Positions 39,937 through 58,579 of a DNA stretch of 64,000 nt are shown here, in pieces. Within the stretch, counting starts at the first letter, position 1, and every line of letters starts with the position of its first letter. The stretch covers positions 94,302,001 through 94,366,000 of the forward strand of contig OX597822.1 in NCBI GenBank assembly GCA_951406725.2, written 5' to 3'. Origin of the DNA: Octopus vulgaris (taxonomy: Eukaryota). Under the pieces are notes generated by a model that did not search any database, had not been told where the DNA came from, and worked only from the letters and a program-made list of their open reading frames with translations. Both the position numbers and the translations under genes were made by a program.

Positions 39937-40494
39937 ACGGTGAGCTGGCAGAATCGTTAGTGCGTCGGAAAAAATGCTTTGCGGCAATTCTTCTGGTTCT
40001 TAACGTTCTGAATTCAAATTCCGCTGAGGTCGACTTTGCCTTTTATCTCTTTTGGGGGTCGATAAAATAAAGTGACTGTCAAGTATTAAGGTCGATGTAA
40101 TCGACTGGTCCCTTTCGTCCCAAAGTTTCAGGCCTTGTACCTATAGTAGAGAGAATTCTTCTTCTTCTTCTTCTGCTATTTCTTCTTCTTCTTCTTCTTC
40201 TTCTTCTTCTTCTTCTTCTTCTTCTTCTTCTTCTTCTTCTTCTTCTTCTTCTTCTTCTTCTTCTTCTTCTTCTTCTTCTTCTTCTTTATCATCATTAATA
40301 ACAAGTCAGTTAACTACTGGCAGAATCATTAGCACGCCGGACAAAATGCTTAGCGGCATTTCGTTCGTCATCATTACGTTCTGAGTTCAAATTCCGCCGA
40401 GATCGACTTTGCCTTTCCTCCTTTCGGGAATCAAGGAATTATGTACCAGTGAAACACTGGAATCGATGTAATCAACTAGCCCCCTTCCCAAATA

Positions 40495-40495
<1 letters not shown>
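39937..40495 (+). mobile_element. Two diverged SINE B-related copies (alternative tail) separated by (TTC)n
   Basis: gagctggcagaatc..gtcgactttgcc..ggccttgtacctatagtaga. Confidence 0.7.
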
Positions 40496-40557
<62 letters not shown>

Positions 40558-41730
40558 TGAACTAGAAGTATTAAGAAGTATGAAAGATCAGCTGCTTTAT
40601 CGGAGAACAAAATATACTGAGTTTAAATGCTTCAAGCAACATAAACTGTCAACATAGCTATTTCTCGTTTATCTTTAACCATAGTATTGTAAAGCTGTCT
40701 GTATATGACGTCACGAAAGCCTTAAACTTATACCATTTTTACCCCTACTTTTCAGTAGTCGATTATTGAAGATCAGATTAGGGCACAACTACCATTAAGC
40801 AGCAAGTGATGAACTGGGAAACGTCTCTTAGCCTCTTAATAAAGAATACCTAAGTTTATTTATGCACACACAGTAATTACAACAGTATAAAAATAACACA
40901 TCTCTGACAGAGAGAAAAAACCTAACCACATTTAGAACATCATTCCTAGAGATAGAGGAATTTTTATGTGTAGAAAAAAGAAGCTGGCGATATGAGTTAT
41001 AAATACTTTATCGAACCATAGGACGAGAAAATAGTTGCTAAAATAAGAATTATTGAAAAGGTACTTCAAAGGCTTGTTGAAGAAGAACGATCACTTAAAG
41101 AATTCACGCTGGTAAAAGAGAAGAAAGAAAGAAAGGAAGATGGAAGGAAGAAAGAAGCTGAAATCAACCCCAGATGGTTTATTCTGTATAGCACGCGAAT
41201 CTCTTGTGATAAAATCCCAGATCACATCACTAACGTCAGAAGGAATCACACAGCAAGGATACATTAGAAGCATGCAGCACATTTTTCAAAGAACATAATA
41301 ATGGCGAGGAAATTTTCTTTCACCCCATCAAAATATATTAGCATCACGGCTATTTTCGGTAGTCAATCACAAGAAAGTATTATCGACATTTCGCTCACCG
41401 ACATAACCACAGCGAACAAAATGCTACGATATATTCTAGTAAGTGTCTCAGCTCCCGTACTCCAACTGTTGTTCTAAAAATGTGCATAACCTTTGAAGAG
41501 TACTTTGCAAAACTTCCCAAGATGGTTGTGTGGTTAAAATGCTTGCTTCGCAACCGTTGTGGTTTCGTATAGTTCCATTGAGCGGCACATTGGGCAAGTG
41601 TTTTTCATCAAGAGCCCCGGAGTGGCCAATACTTTGTGAGTGAATTTGGTAGAAGGAAACAGTGCTGAAACCCGTTGTGTGTGTGTGTGTGTGTGTGAAT
41701 TTGGTAGAAGGAAACAGTGCTGAAACTCGT

Positions 41731-41761
<31 letters not shown>

Positions 41762-42278
41762 GATGTACAATGATATTTCTGTACAATGGTATTTAACACG
41801 TTCGTGCACACTCAGTGAATAGAATGAAGCAACGTGAAACGAAGTACCTTACTCAAAGTTACAACTCAGCGTCCGCTCCAGGAATCGAAGCTTCAACTCT
41901 CTAACCCCTAGGCCTTGTGTGTGTGTATGTGTGTGTGAGTTTGTGAGTGTGTGTGTGTGTGTGTGTGTGAGTGTGTGTGTGTGTGTGTGTGCGTGTGTGT
42001 GTGTGAATATGTATATGTATTTGCATGTGTATGTATGTGTTCTGTTCAGCTAAATTTTTCCTTTATATTTGTTTACATATTTTTATCAGGTACTCCGGTA
42101 GTAGAAGTAACGAAGTGGGTCACAAGTTAACTCCATTTAGGAAAAATAATTTCAAGGGATTTTGTCAACCGTTATCATTCCCATATGAACCAAGCGACTA
42201 AACTGTTGGTAGTAAACTGAGCAGACTTTTCCCTCAGCCCTTGGTATAAAAATAACTTTTAATACATGTGTCACTCAA

Positions 42279-42590
42279 GGCGGCAAACTGGCGGAAACGT
42301 TAGCACGTCAGGCTAAATGCTTAGCGGTATTTCGTCTGCCGCTCCGTTCTGAGTTCAAATTCCGCCGAGTCTGACTTTGCCTTTCATTCTTTCGGGGTCG
42401 ATAAATTAAGTACCAGTTACACACTGGGGTCGATATAATCGACTTAATCCGTTTGTCTGTCCTTGTTTGTCCTCTCTGTGGTTAGCCCCTTGTGGGTAGT
42501 AAAGGAATAGGTATTTTGTCTGCCGCTACGTTCTGAGTTCAAATTCCGCCGATCTCGACTTTGCCTTTCATCCTTTCGGGGTCGATTAAA
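42279..42590 (+). mobile_element. SINE family B tandem
   Basis: The second unit restarts at gtattttgtc (42511). Confidence 0.85.
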
Positions 42591-42961
42591 TACGCGAGGC
42601 CTTGTAGCTCGCACTATAAGCACACTTTTCCTCACCGTGCAGCCACGACAGCAAGCCATATTCAACTGTAAACCGCTCCGACCATCTAGTCTTTAGGTTG
42701 TTCGCAGCCTCACTAAATCTAACTTGACACATTTCATAGATAAACGATGTGCTTGGTTTAGAAATCCATCTTTTAAGTCGTTAAAAGAGCGATTTTAAAA
42801 TTACACAAAAACCCTAATCTAGAGAAAACGAAACCATGATATCGTTGGTTCTGAGCCACTCTGTTCTTGTGCTAATGGCAAAAGTAGCTGGATGTTTGGA
42901 TGTGTAGACTACTAACGGTATCTTGAACTCTGTCGAGTTCTTTATAGCTTACACTCCAGTT

Positions 42962-43283
42962 CCCCAGACCGGGCGTTGAGAGTGTTTATTGAGCGAAAAC
43001 ACCTAAAAGCTCCACGAGGCTCCGGCAGGGGATGCTGGTGATCCCTGCTGTACTCTTTCACCACAACTTTCTCTCACTCTTACTTCCTGTTTCTGTTGTA
43101 CCTGTATTTCAAAGGGCCGGCCTTGTCACTCTCTGTGTCACGCTGAATACACCCGAGAACTACGTTAAGGGTGCACGTGTCTGTGGAGTGCTTAGCCACT
43201 TACACGTTAATTTCACGAGCAGGCTGTTCCGTTGATTCGGATCAACCGGAACCCTCATCGTCGTAACCGACGGAGTGCTTCCA
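42962..43283 (+). mobile_element. SINE family C, 5'-truncated
   Basis: Body matches 32190-32290; tail matches 37620-37795. Confidence 0.75.
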
Positions 43284-43910
43284 CGCTCCAGTTCATCGAT
43301 ATACTGCCCCTTACTTACTCACTTTGTATCTAGTGCTATTTTGTGTTTAGTGCCTATTTTCAGCGATGGGTCTTCATTATTTTGAATTTCTCGCTGCAGC
43401 AAAGTATAGATGATGCATTTTTGCATAAGTCGTTATAAAAGGGCAGGTAAAAGAAAAAGAGGAAAACAGTGGTAATTTTTTTCTCGCGTGGACTCTACTT
43501 ATATTGTTGCTACTGACTTCTGTGCGTGTAAATGTGTGTGCATGTGTGCGTGTGTCACTGTGTGTGTGTGCGTACATATGTGTGTCTGGATACGTATGTC
43601 TTTTTTAATATATACGTTCCATTTCACATACATATACATACATAGACACTCATACACAAACATACATGGATTTCGAAATATATACATATTAATCATGAAA
43701 GTATATACATAAAAGAGTCGAGACAAATACGACATAGCTCGCGGTCTTTCCATCTCACACTGCTTTTGAAAAAAATCATGAAATTATGAAACCTGTTAAT
43801 AAAATTTGAATAAAACTTTTAAAAACTGAGGGTATGTTTGATTTCTTTTCTGCTGATGTCTACCAGAGTAAAAAAAAATTAGTGTATGTGTGTATTGGGA
43901 GGGAGGGAGG

Positions 43911-43988
<78 letters not shown>

Positions 43989-44591
43989 TAGAGAGACATT
44001 GTATAAAGTTCAAAGTTTCTTTTGTTCCTACATCTCCAGAATATAGTGTTTTAGGAAAGTATCACTGAAACCCAATAACATCTTCGGAGATACAAGCCAT
44101 ATCTTTGAGAAACGCATACGGCTCACGAGTCACAGATTGACCACCATTTCAATAATTATGTAGATTATCATGGGGTATGTATGAACCCTAACTTCAATAC
44201 ATCACAATATGACGACAAATAAAGCAACCTGTTTGTATTTGCTTGACTTGCTAGAAATTATATGATCTGTCTCAAGTGTAATATTTATCCCCACTAAAAC
44301 GTGGATGTTCTATTAAAACAAACTACAGTGCAGTGAACTCTCATGTTGGCATTTTGGTACAAAATGCACTCTTGCAGCTCTCTTGTTGTACTCTTGTGCA
44401 TTTTGCACCCACAAAAAAAGCCAATATGAGAGTTTCTCTCACGGCAATTACTGCTGTATAGTTTGCATAAAACAATCACGTTTAAGTGGGGATAAATATT
44501 ACATCTCAGTAATAATACTGCCGCTGCTATCACTAATATACATGTCTCAAATGTGATCATGTTTTAATAGGAAAGCGTAGTATTGGCGTGT

Positions 44592-44926
44592 GAAGGCGCA
44601 TGGCTCAGTGGTTAGCGCATCGAGCTTACGATCGTGAGATTGTGAGGTCGAATCCCGGACCGGGCTGTGTGTTGTGTTCTTGAGCAAGACACTTTATGTC
44701 AAGTTGCTCCAGTTCACTCAGCTGTAGAAACGAGTTGCGACGTCACAGGTGCCAAGCTGTATCGGCCCCTTTGTCTTTCCCTTGGATAACATCAGTGGCG
44801 TGGAGAGGGGAGGCTGGCATGCATGGGCGACTGCTGGTCTTCCATAAACAACCTTGCCCGGACTTGTGCCTTGGAGGGTAACTTTCTAGGTGCGAACCCA
44901 CGGTCAGTCATGACCGAAGGGGGTCA
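44592..44926 (+). mobile_element. SINE family C long-tail variant
   Basis: tRNA head; inverse of 13325-13671. Confidence 0.8.
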
Positions 44927-45057
44927 CAAGTATTGTCCTAAAGAGGCAATTTAGCCATGTTTAAAGTAAACCTTTAAGTTTAAGCGAGGGCTAACAGCAA
45001 CAACAACAACAAAAACTACACCACATCTCACAACCGTTCTATCACACCAAATCATAC

Positions 45058-45288
45058 CTATTTCTTTATTACCCACAAGGGGCTAAACATAGAGGGGACA
45101 AACAAGGACAGACATAGGTATTAAGTCGATTACATCGACCCCAGTGCGTAACTGGTACTTATTTAATCGACCCCGAAAGGAAGAAAGGCAAAGTCGACCT
45201 CGGTGGAATTTGAACTCAGAACGTAGCGGTAGATGAAATACTGCTAAGCATTTCGCCCGGCGTGCTAACGATTCTGCCAGCTCGTCAC
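45058..45288 (-). mobile_element. SINE family B
   Basis: Reverse complement match. Confidence 0.85.
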
Positions 45289-45539
45289 CATCATTACTAT
45301 TACCACGTCCACAATCATTACAACCCATGCCACCACTACTACCCCCACCCCCTCATACCATCACCACCACACCGCCACCACCTTCACTACAACTACGGCC
45401 CCAGCAATCATTATTACCATCACTACCACTACCACTACCAATGCAACCAGCGACACTACAACCATCACTGCCTCGAATATTCTAACCACAGCTCAACTTT
45501 CTAAGTTACACCAAGCCCTCGTTACAGTTCACACCTTTT

Positions 45540-47500
<1,961 letters not shown>

Positions 47501-48040
47501 AAATGTGTGTTGAGTGTACAAAATCGTTCGTTTGAATTTTTCAGATTTTTATTAAATTATTTATTTGAAATTTTATTTTATTTTATTTTTTTTTATTTTA
47601 TTTTATTTATTTTTTAAGAGAAATTCATTCAATCTCTTCTTCTTTCTGTCTTTCATTCTGTCCTTTCCATTCTATTTCCTCTACTCATCCTTCTACTTAA
47701 TTAATACGTGCATGCTTGTTTGCGACTGAATAAACGTGCTCGTTTGTATATGTGCGCGTATGTGCGCCTATGTGTATGTATATGCGTGTATATGTGCGTG
47801 CGTGCGTGCGTCTGTGTGTTTGCATGTGCGTGTGTCTGTGTGTTTGCATGTGTGTGTGTCTGTGTGTTTGTGTGTGTGATGCCTCTCCTCTGCTACATCT
47901 TCATTTCTTCCTTCACTCCTGTTCTCCTTCTCTCTTTCTTTCCGTCTCTCCTTCTCTTTTCTCTCCGACAATTCGGTTCGCGGCTTCTCGACATCCGCAC
48001 AAGATAACCATTATTTTTGCAGATTGACAAACATTACGGA

Positions 48041-48106
48041 ATGGCGTCTTACTGTATCAGAGATGGAACCGAAGAAGATTTGCCGGAGCTACATCGCCTC
48101 ATGCAG
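48041..48106 (+). CDS. First coding exon of a diamine/spermidine-spermine N1-acetyltransferase (SAT1/SAT2-like GNAT); further exons not found in window
   Basis: Encodes MASYCIRDGTEEDLPELHRLMQ, resembling SAT2 [22 protein letters not shown] and SAT1 [22 protein letters not shown]. It is 22 codons long and ends at a phase-0 donor CAG|gtattc, as in vertebrate SAT1 exon 1. A possible upstream acceptor ttatttttgcag ends at 48022. Confidence 0.75.
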
Positions 48107-48371
48107 GTATTCTTCCGATCTTCTTTGAGTCCTTATCGCGTTCTTTGATTCTTCGACCGAGTTCTTAATATTTTCTTTTTTGTTTGGCTTTTTATTTTTT
48201 TTTGTTTTTAGTTTCTTTTTCTTCGCAATGCTGACGTTGTGGGTAGGGCAAGGGTGTCCTAATTTTTTGAAAAATATAATTTATTTACCTATTATTCCAT
48301 TGTTACCTATATCGATTATATAACTACCTAAGCCGTTTAATCGTCTACCAGCTTAACTACCCGTTTATCAG

Positions 48372-50222
<1,851 letters not shown>

Positions 50223-50391
50223 ACCGTCATTGATTTACCAACTCTCATCTCTCCCCCGACTCTCGTCCCTCTCTATAAACCCCATATTCGGTACAGCTAT
50301 ACTCGCATCTGCCTATACCTACTTTTTAATGCGAAACATCGTCAACCCCACCACGACAACCACCGCCAGCAATAACACCGTAACCCTCAGT

Positions 50392-50450
50392 ACCACCACC
50401 ACCATCACCACCACCACCACCACCACCACCACCACCACTACTACTGCTGT

Positions 50451-50495
<45 letters not shown>

Positions 50496-50546
50496 CACTA
50501 CTACTACTGTTACTACTACTACTACTACCACTACTACAGCTGTTGT

Positions 50547-50592
<46 letters not shown>

Positions 50593-50597
50593 GCTGT

Positions 50598-50649
<52 letters not shown>

Positions 50650-50654
50650 GCTGT

Positions 50655-50688
<34 letters not shown>

Positions 50689-50720
50689 GCTGCTGCTGTT
50701 ACTACTACTACTGCTGCTGT

Positions 50721-50760
<40 letters not shown>

Positions 50761-50774
50761 GCTGCTGCTGCTGT

Positions 50775-50819
<45 letters not shown>

Positions 50820-51700
50820 TACTACTACTACTAACGTCATAAATAGCATTATCAACATGAAAGCGAAAGCACACAACAGATCATCATCACAACTACAACT
50901 GTTAACAACAACAACGGCAACAACAACATCACAAGCCAATGAGGGAGCCTCACTGTGGTTGTTCGACCTTCTAAAATAGCAGCCAAACCTTCCCTCAAAT
51001 CGCATTTTGCAGTCTGACTTAAAGAACACGTTGCAATGATGCGGTGCTGGATTCGCTGCATGTAGGGGGAAAATGAAACTCTGGTGGCATGGTCATGAAT
51101 GGATTGCCTTTGATCTTATGCCTGTTTGATCAAGGCTGACTTTGTGCTAAAGAACTGCAGTAACAAGAACAACAATAACGCTATACATACAATACACCAC
51201 CACCACCACCACAGCCACCACCACAGCCACCACTACAACCACTATCACCACCACAACCACCACCACCACCACCACAGCCACCATCATCATCACCATCACC
51301 ACCACCACCACAGCCACCACTATCACCACCAACACTATCACCACTATCACCACCACCACAACCAATACCACCACCACCACCACAGCCACCATCATCACCA
51401 CCATAACCACCACCACCACAGCCACCACCTATCACCACCACCACCACCACCACCACAGCCACCATCATCACCACCACTGCTGCCACCGACACCGACCACC
51501 CCTCTCCCCACCATTTCTGCCACCAATCTAAGCGCCGCGACTACCACCATTATCGTGAACATCTTCGTTGCCGCCTATAGCACTAACTTCACCAACACCA
51601 TCACCACTACCACCCACCACCACCACCACCACCACCACCATCACCACGGCCAATACCACCATCAGTTCCACCACCACCACCACCACCACTACCACCACCA
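50392..51700. repeat. (ACC)/(ACT)n and (CAC)n trinucleotide arrays
   Basis: Direct inspection; source of the poly-T/V/S/L/H ORFs. Confidence 0.9.
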
Positions 51701-53368
51701 ATAAAATACATAATAATCGAACAATTTGACTTCTCTTGTAAATAGCATCGACTTAGGTGCTAGAATTATACACTCCCCCCTGGTAGGGGTGATATAATGA
51801 ATGGGATAATCAACACCATTCGACTCCGGTTGGGTTTGAACTCTGAGCATAGAGGCAGGAAATTCAATAATGTAAGCCATTTAGTGCGGCGCTCAACCGT
51901 TTCAAAGTAGTTTCTGATTTAGGCACAGAGGCAGGCAGGGGGTTAATCGATACCATCGACTCCTCTACTTGATTAGTATTTTATTTTATCGATTCCGAAA
52001 GGATGAAAGGCAAAATTGCCCTCGGTGGAATTTAAACTCAGAACATAAAAACGAGTCGAAATAAATACTGTTTAGCCATTTGTTCGATGCTCTGATTCTT
52101 CTAGTTACAATTATGATCGTGATCAACATTGGCCGTGGTTTTGATTCCCGGAGCGGGTGGGGCATTGTGTTCTTGAGCAAAACACTTCATTTCAAATTGT
52201 TCCAGTTCACTCAACTGTGAAGAGGTTCCAGCAATTACTGGGAAGTTAACCCTTCAATGGACCGGCACCCCGTTCAGTGTGACAGTGTTGTAATCTCAGT
52301 TACTTATACGCCATATACACTGGGTTAAGCTCCGGCTATGAAAGTCCAATCGCTCATGATAGCCCTCAGTAAACGCACACAGGTTTCCCATTTTACTTGA
52401 GGAATATGAATGGCCAATTCTATAATAATTTACAGTGAAAGTAAATTGAAATAGATTCAACAGAGAATCGAAACCGTGTCACAGAATTTGTCCACAGCAA
52501 ATTGTTTCTCTGTGGAGCTGTCAATCATACTTTCTTATATGTAACCACAATGATTATGTGAATTCAAGAAGAGGAGGTTGTTTTGAATAACACTCGTACT
52601 CCGGGACCTATGAGAGTACTTTGAGTTGGCGCTAGACGCGTGTGTCCCTAGCGTTTGTTCTATGTCCCCAATGTGTTGTGATGTATTTCTCTGTGTCGCC
52701 CCTAGTGGGTAATAAAGAAATAGTGTGTCCCTAGCGTTAATCTTCAGACAGAATCAGTTTGACACAATGTGCGAGAAAACTCCTTTAATTACAGATTTCT
52801 GTATAATCTATCAAAATAAAAATTAACAGCGGAAGAGAAGTGAAAGCGAAATCAACGAGGGTCAAGACCGCTACAAAATGGCCTTACGTTTATTTGCAGG
52901 CGCTTCTATCAGTAGGGAGAGATGAAAAACATTTGAACCCAAACTACCGGTTAACTAGCGCCCAAACTAATTCGCCTTTATGCTATCAGTTGTTCACCAA
53001 TGATAATTTTGATGGGACTTTCTGGAAGAGTAGCAGTTGTCCATGCATGCGATGCTCCTCTTTACTATAACACAGATGTTTGTTCAAAAGAGGGGCCTCC
53101 AACTGTGACCGATACAACTTGGAAACTTGCATGTGATCACAACCGTTGCTTTCAGAATGCATCTTGTCTGACCGTCAAACAGCACTTCTAATCTATCGCT
53201 CTGGATTTGTTCTTCATTAGAACTCCAAAAGGTTGAAAGTCAACGATGACCTCGCAGGGATTTGAACTCTCGGCGCAATGAGTCGGGATGAAGACGCAAG
53301 GTATTCTACTCAATACGCTAACGACTCGCCACTTTTGCAGTCATGTAAGGTCACAATTTATATATTTT

Positions 53369-53600
53369 GGAGGCGCGTGGTTTAGTGGTTAGGCTGTTGG
53401 TCTCATGATCGTAAGATTGTGATTTCGATTCCTGGACCAGGTAACGCGTTGTGTTCTGGAGCAAAACACTTCATTTCACGTTGTTTCGGTCCACTCAGCC
53501 GGCAAAAATGAGTAACGCTGCGACGGGCCGGCGTCTCGTCCAGTTGGAGAATTTATACGCCATGAAACCGGGAAACCGGGCCCTTGTAAGTCGACATGAG
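53369..53600 (+). mobile_element. SINE family C
   Basis: Matches 25043-25270. Confidence 0.8.
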
Positions 53601-56600
53601 AAGGTAACTTTAAAAAACAATTTATGTAAGTTGGGACACTTTTAACTGTAAATACCTCATTGCATTAAGGTTGGTCTCAAACCTTGAAATCGAAAATGGA
53701 AACTACCTGTAGATTATACAGAAATCTATAATTAAAAGAGTTTTCTTACACATTGTGTTATGCTGAATCTATATGAAGATTAGCGCTAAAGACACACACA
53801 TCTAGTACCATTTCAAAGTAGCTTTTATAGGCCCTGGAGTACCGTGGCTCAGATAAGAATTATGGTTTTCACAATAAAATTTCGTCATGAAAGTTGTGAA
53901 GTCGAGGCCACTTCAGTATTACAGTACCCGGGTCTGTGAGCATCTACATCTTGTCCTCAACGATTTACACTGTAATTTAATGAGGAGGTATTGTTTCGTT
54001 GTGTGAACATTTACAGTACTGACTGACGAAACTAACGGATGATCCTTTTTCTTTTTTTGTTATTGATTGGAGCTAATCGGTCCCAAGAGAATAGAAGACA
54101 GCCAATAATAACAAGATTTGAACAGAGACTAATAATGGTTGTTTTTTTATTTTTATTCTTACAATGGAGTTGAAAGTCGACGCGAAGGGCCACTCAGCTA
54201 GGTATAGCAGAACCGTTTGGTCAGACACGCCATCACCGCCACCATCGTTGGTGTTGGCGCCGGCGACGGTGTTCCCACCACTTTCATTTTCTAGTGTAAA
54301 GCCACAACTTTTGGCGGGAGAAGTGTAATCGATTATATCGATCTTGCTACTACACTGGTACTTATTATATCGATCGCGACATAATTTAAACTCAGAGAGC
54401 GTTCAAATCATCTTTCTCATAGACATAACTAAGGAAATTGGCTTTTTGTCCACCATTCTGCGACAAATTCTTCCAATTCACCGCCCTTAATCTGACAAGA
54501 GAATCCCAGAGAAACTCCACGCTTAATAAATGTTCTCGTTTCTATCTTGATGCAAAAGATCCATAGTTCTTCATCGTTTTGGTTTATTCTGTTAAAGAAT
54601 TCGATTAATTTGAATTTGTTATATTCTATTGATAGTTCAAGACGGTGAGCTGGTGGAATCGTTTGAGTCAGTAAAAAATGCCTTGCGGTGTTTCTTCGGG
54701 CTCTTTTCATTTCGGGTTCAAATCCAGCAAAGTCCAAATTTAGCTTTCACCTTTCCAGAGTCGATAAAATAAAGTGCCAGTCAACTATACTAGAGTTGAT
54801 GACACCGACTCGCCCCTTCAGATCACAATGGATCTGATTATGGTGGGTGGATTGGCAAAATCAGTAGAGCGTCTAAAAAGACGTGCTATGTTGTGTTTCT
54901 TCCTCAATCTTTATATTCTGAGTTCAAATGCCACCTAAGTCAGCTTTATCTTTCATTCTTCTAGGGTTGAGTATTCTGGTTGGTGGTATCGATTAGGCCC
55001 CTCTCCTCAAAACTGCTGACCTTCTGCTTAAATCAATGATTTTGAGCATTGTGGATGGGCTTTGTGTAAATATTTTATATATGTCGTTGATTTCCTTCCA
55101 CAACTTAGCTTGTTAAAAGCTTCACACTCGAGCCTGTTTAACTGTTAAATATTTTCATTATGTCGTCGATTTCGTTTCAAACTTAAGCGCAACACTCGAA
55201 CACATATTGTGACAAGCAGAATAATAACAATTCTTTCTTCTTATAGGCACAAGGCCTGAAATTTTTGCGGGAGGGGGCTAGTTGATTGCATCAACCCCAG
55301 TGCTCAATTGGTACTTATTTTATCGACCCCCGAAAGGATGAAAGGCAAAGTCGACCTTGATGGAATTTGAACGCAGTATTTAAAAGGTACTTAGAAAACT
55401 CTTTAATGCATTTGTATGTGGGTGGAAGGCGCAAAGTAAGCGGTTAGTTGATACCGTCGACTCCAGTACTGGCCAGGTACTTTATTTTATCGGCCCTGAA
55501 AGCCTGTAAGGTAGAGTTGACTTCAGCGGGAGTCAAAATTGCGACGCCAAGAGCTGGAACAAATACTGCAAAGTATTTTGTGCATTGTTGTGACGATTCG
55601 GCCAATCTACTGCCCTCACTTAACTTAATAATGGCTTCTAATTTAAGCAGTGGGTCAGCAGTTTTGAATAGAGGAGCAAGTAGTTACCATCGACTCCAAT
55701 ACTTTATTTTATCGACCCCAAAAGTATAAAAGACAAAGTTATCTCCGGCGGGATTTGAGCTCCTGGTGCTTGAGCTGGAGCAATCTGCAGACCATGTTAG
55801 CCGACGCTCCAACGATTTTGCCATTTCTCCAGCCTCACGTAATTTAACAATTACACCTGCTTACGCTATCACACGATGAGTAGATATTTATTTAGCAGAA
55901 TGAAGTATAAAATAGACTCAGGCATTACTAATGCTTTCATCGTTTTAAGGCACTGAAAGTTAACTCAAGTTAATTCAAAAAGTTAATTCAAGTAGCAGAT
56001 GGCCCGATTAATTCCTTCAAAGATTTTAGTTTATAATTTTATAATTTCCCAGTTCGTGGTTCTCGCTCGAACCAAGAAAACAGATTTACAGTGACACAGC
56101 GGAGCACAGAGGTGGCTAGGAGGCTTTAGTGAGATGTAACGATGCTAATACATAAGTCTGTGAGTTTGATAAAGTTGGCACGACATGAAGGAAAGAAAAT
56201 CTGATGTTTTCAAACTAGTAGTAGTAGTTTGTATGGGGGCATGCGCTGTAACAGTGTCTCGCTGGTGAGGGTTTTACGAGGTCGTAGAGAAAATCCTAAC
56301 TCGACTTCTTTTAGTTGTCTTTTTATGACACGGAGAGGAAACTTTGGGTCTATTCTTTGATATACCAGCCCCCACACAGCAGTAGAGCAACGTGAAATGA
56401 AGCATTTTGTTCAAGAGCACGACACGCTGCCCGGTCTGGGAATCGAACCCACGATTTCGCGATTGTGACTGCAACACCTTAACCACTAGGCCATACGCCT
56501 TCACAAGGTCTGAAAGAAAAAACAAACTTACTCTGTCCACGATATACTAACTTATCCTAACACATGAACTTCACTCTATCGTTTTTGACCACGTTGACCA

Positions 56601-57791
56601 CCGCCAATTTTATCAAACTGTTTTTTTACTGCTGTGATTGGCTATCTTTGGTCGGTCAGTGATCCCTTTCACTGAATGGCATTTTACAAATGTCCCCTAT
56701 CTAGACCCTTCTTCCAAAATTTCATTATTTTGATAATTTTAATCAAACGGAAGCTAATTTTGCTTTGTAGTTTATTTATCCGTATTTGATTACATCAACC
56801 GACCTATTTTAGATATCTGTATTGGACAGCACCTTCTCTAATAAAGCTTTGTGGAAATTGCTAAAGAAGTTGAGGACTTATATAATGAAATTATGTTGGG
56901 TCTTGGTACATCATCAGTCATGTTTTCAGCTCATTGGTAATAAAGTTTTACTCGTTTTTATCCTGACAAAAACTTCTTTTCTTTTTTTTTTTTTGAAAGT
57001 GTGTTGAAAATATAAGTACTGTATCTGGGTTAAATATTTTATTTGTAATAAAACTCACAACTTCCCTCTGAGAACCCCGCACTCTTTTGACATTTCCGTC
57101 CCCTCGTTGAATTCACACTGCCCCCAAGGGACACTGCTCCCTAGGTTGAGGACCAGGGGTTTACTTGTACATAAGTTTATGGAAATGTTCGTAATCGAAT
57201 TTAGGGACCAAAGCAAATACTTTTGAAGATGTACCAGCATACAATTTCTGCCACCATCGACCGCGCCATCCAGTATTAATGTGAATATTGGAGCATTGCA
57301 GTTGTAGATAAATTAACATGGAAGTGGCTGTGTATTCCGCAGATATGTGTACCATTAATGTAAGTCTCATACGGACTCATCGCTAGTATATGACAAGGCT
57401 TTATATCTTTTTTTGTATTTCATGTACAATCCACCCGACAGACCTTTGTTCGGTTTCTGTCTACCCAATTTCACTGACAAGATATGGGGCTATATATGGT
57501 TTCTAACATTGAGATCAAATAATATTACAAAAATTTCAGGATAACAAAGTTTTATTAACAGACAATCGATGTTGGTTCGGGACTTTAATATATTACGGTG
57601 TATGCAAGAGTTTCTCAACCTTTTTCACCTCAACCCAACTCTTAGATTTTCCAAGGAAGCGTGAACATAACTTGTTCAGAACGGACAAAATCAGTATACT
57701 GCATATAAACATATACACATACATACATACATACATACATACATATGTGTGTGTATGTATGTATGTATGTATGTATGTATGTATGTATGTA

Positions 57792-57832
<41 letters not shown>

Positions 57833-58579
57833 TCTGAAGTAATCTATGCCCCACTAATTCTGGTATGAGATACCGTTATGGTTAGATGAGATGACAGAGA
57901 TGGGTTGATATTAGGGCACAAATAGACAGGCAGGCAGGCAGGCAGACAAACAGACAGACAGACAGACAGATAGATATTAAGAAGAGTACAAAGCCACGTG
58001 GTCTAGCAGAATTGTTAGAGCATCTCACGAAATGCTTCGCAGTGTTTCTTTCGGCTTCTCTCGTTCTGGGTTTCAAATCCCACAGAGGTTAACTTTGTCT
58101 GCCATCCCCCTCCTGGGGCCAATAATAATAAAGCACCGTACAGTTACTGATGGTGGGCGGGAGGGTGGAATTTAATCGACTAGCTCTTCCACTCCACTCC
58201 ACTCCACTCCACATTCCGATTTCAATCCATGTGCCTATGTCAGAAAATTATATTCGCACATTGTTACAAACCACATGCAACTGCAATGATCAATATCCAC
58301 AGCATAAACATACTGTTTGAGATTCTCCAGCAGATTGTGTCGACAAAGAATGGTTTGAAATTTTTGGCACAAGTTCAGTAATTTTGAGAGGGGGCGGTAA
58401 GTCGATTACACACTGGCTTCAGTACTTGACTGACTTTATTCTATCGACTCCGAATGGATGAAAGGCGAAGTTGACTTCGGCTGAATTTGCACTCAGAACG
58501 TAAAGAGCCGGAAGAAATGCCACTAAGTATTTTATCCGAAGCGGCGCTAACGATTCTGCCAGCTCGTCGCTTTAATAAT

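Noticed and set aside
40556-41300. Very old R4/Dong-like relic (KDQLL-like word)
   Set aside because: Too degenerate to support by eye.
51126-51704. His-rich 192-aa ORF
   Set aside because: Translation of a (CAC)n array.
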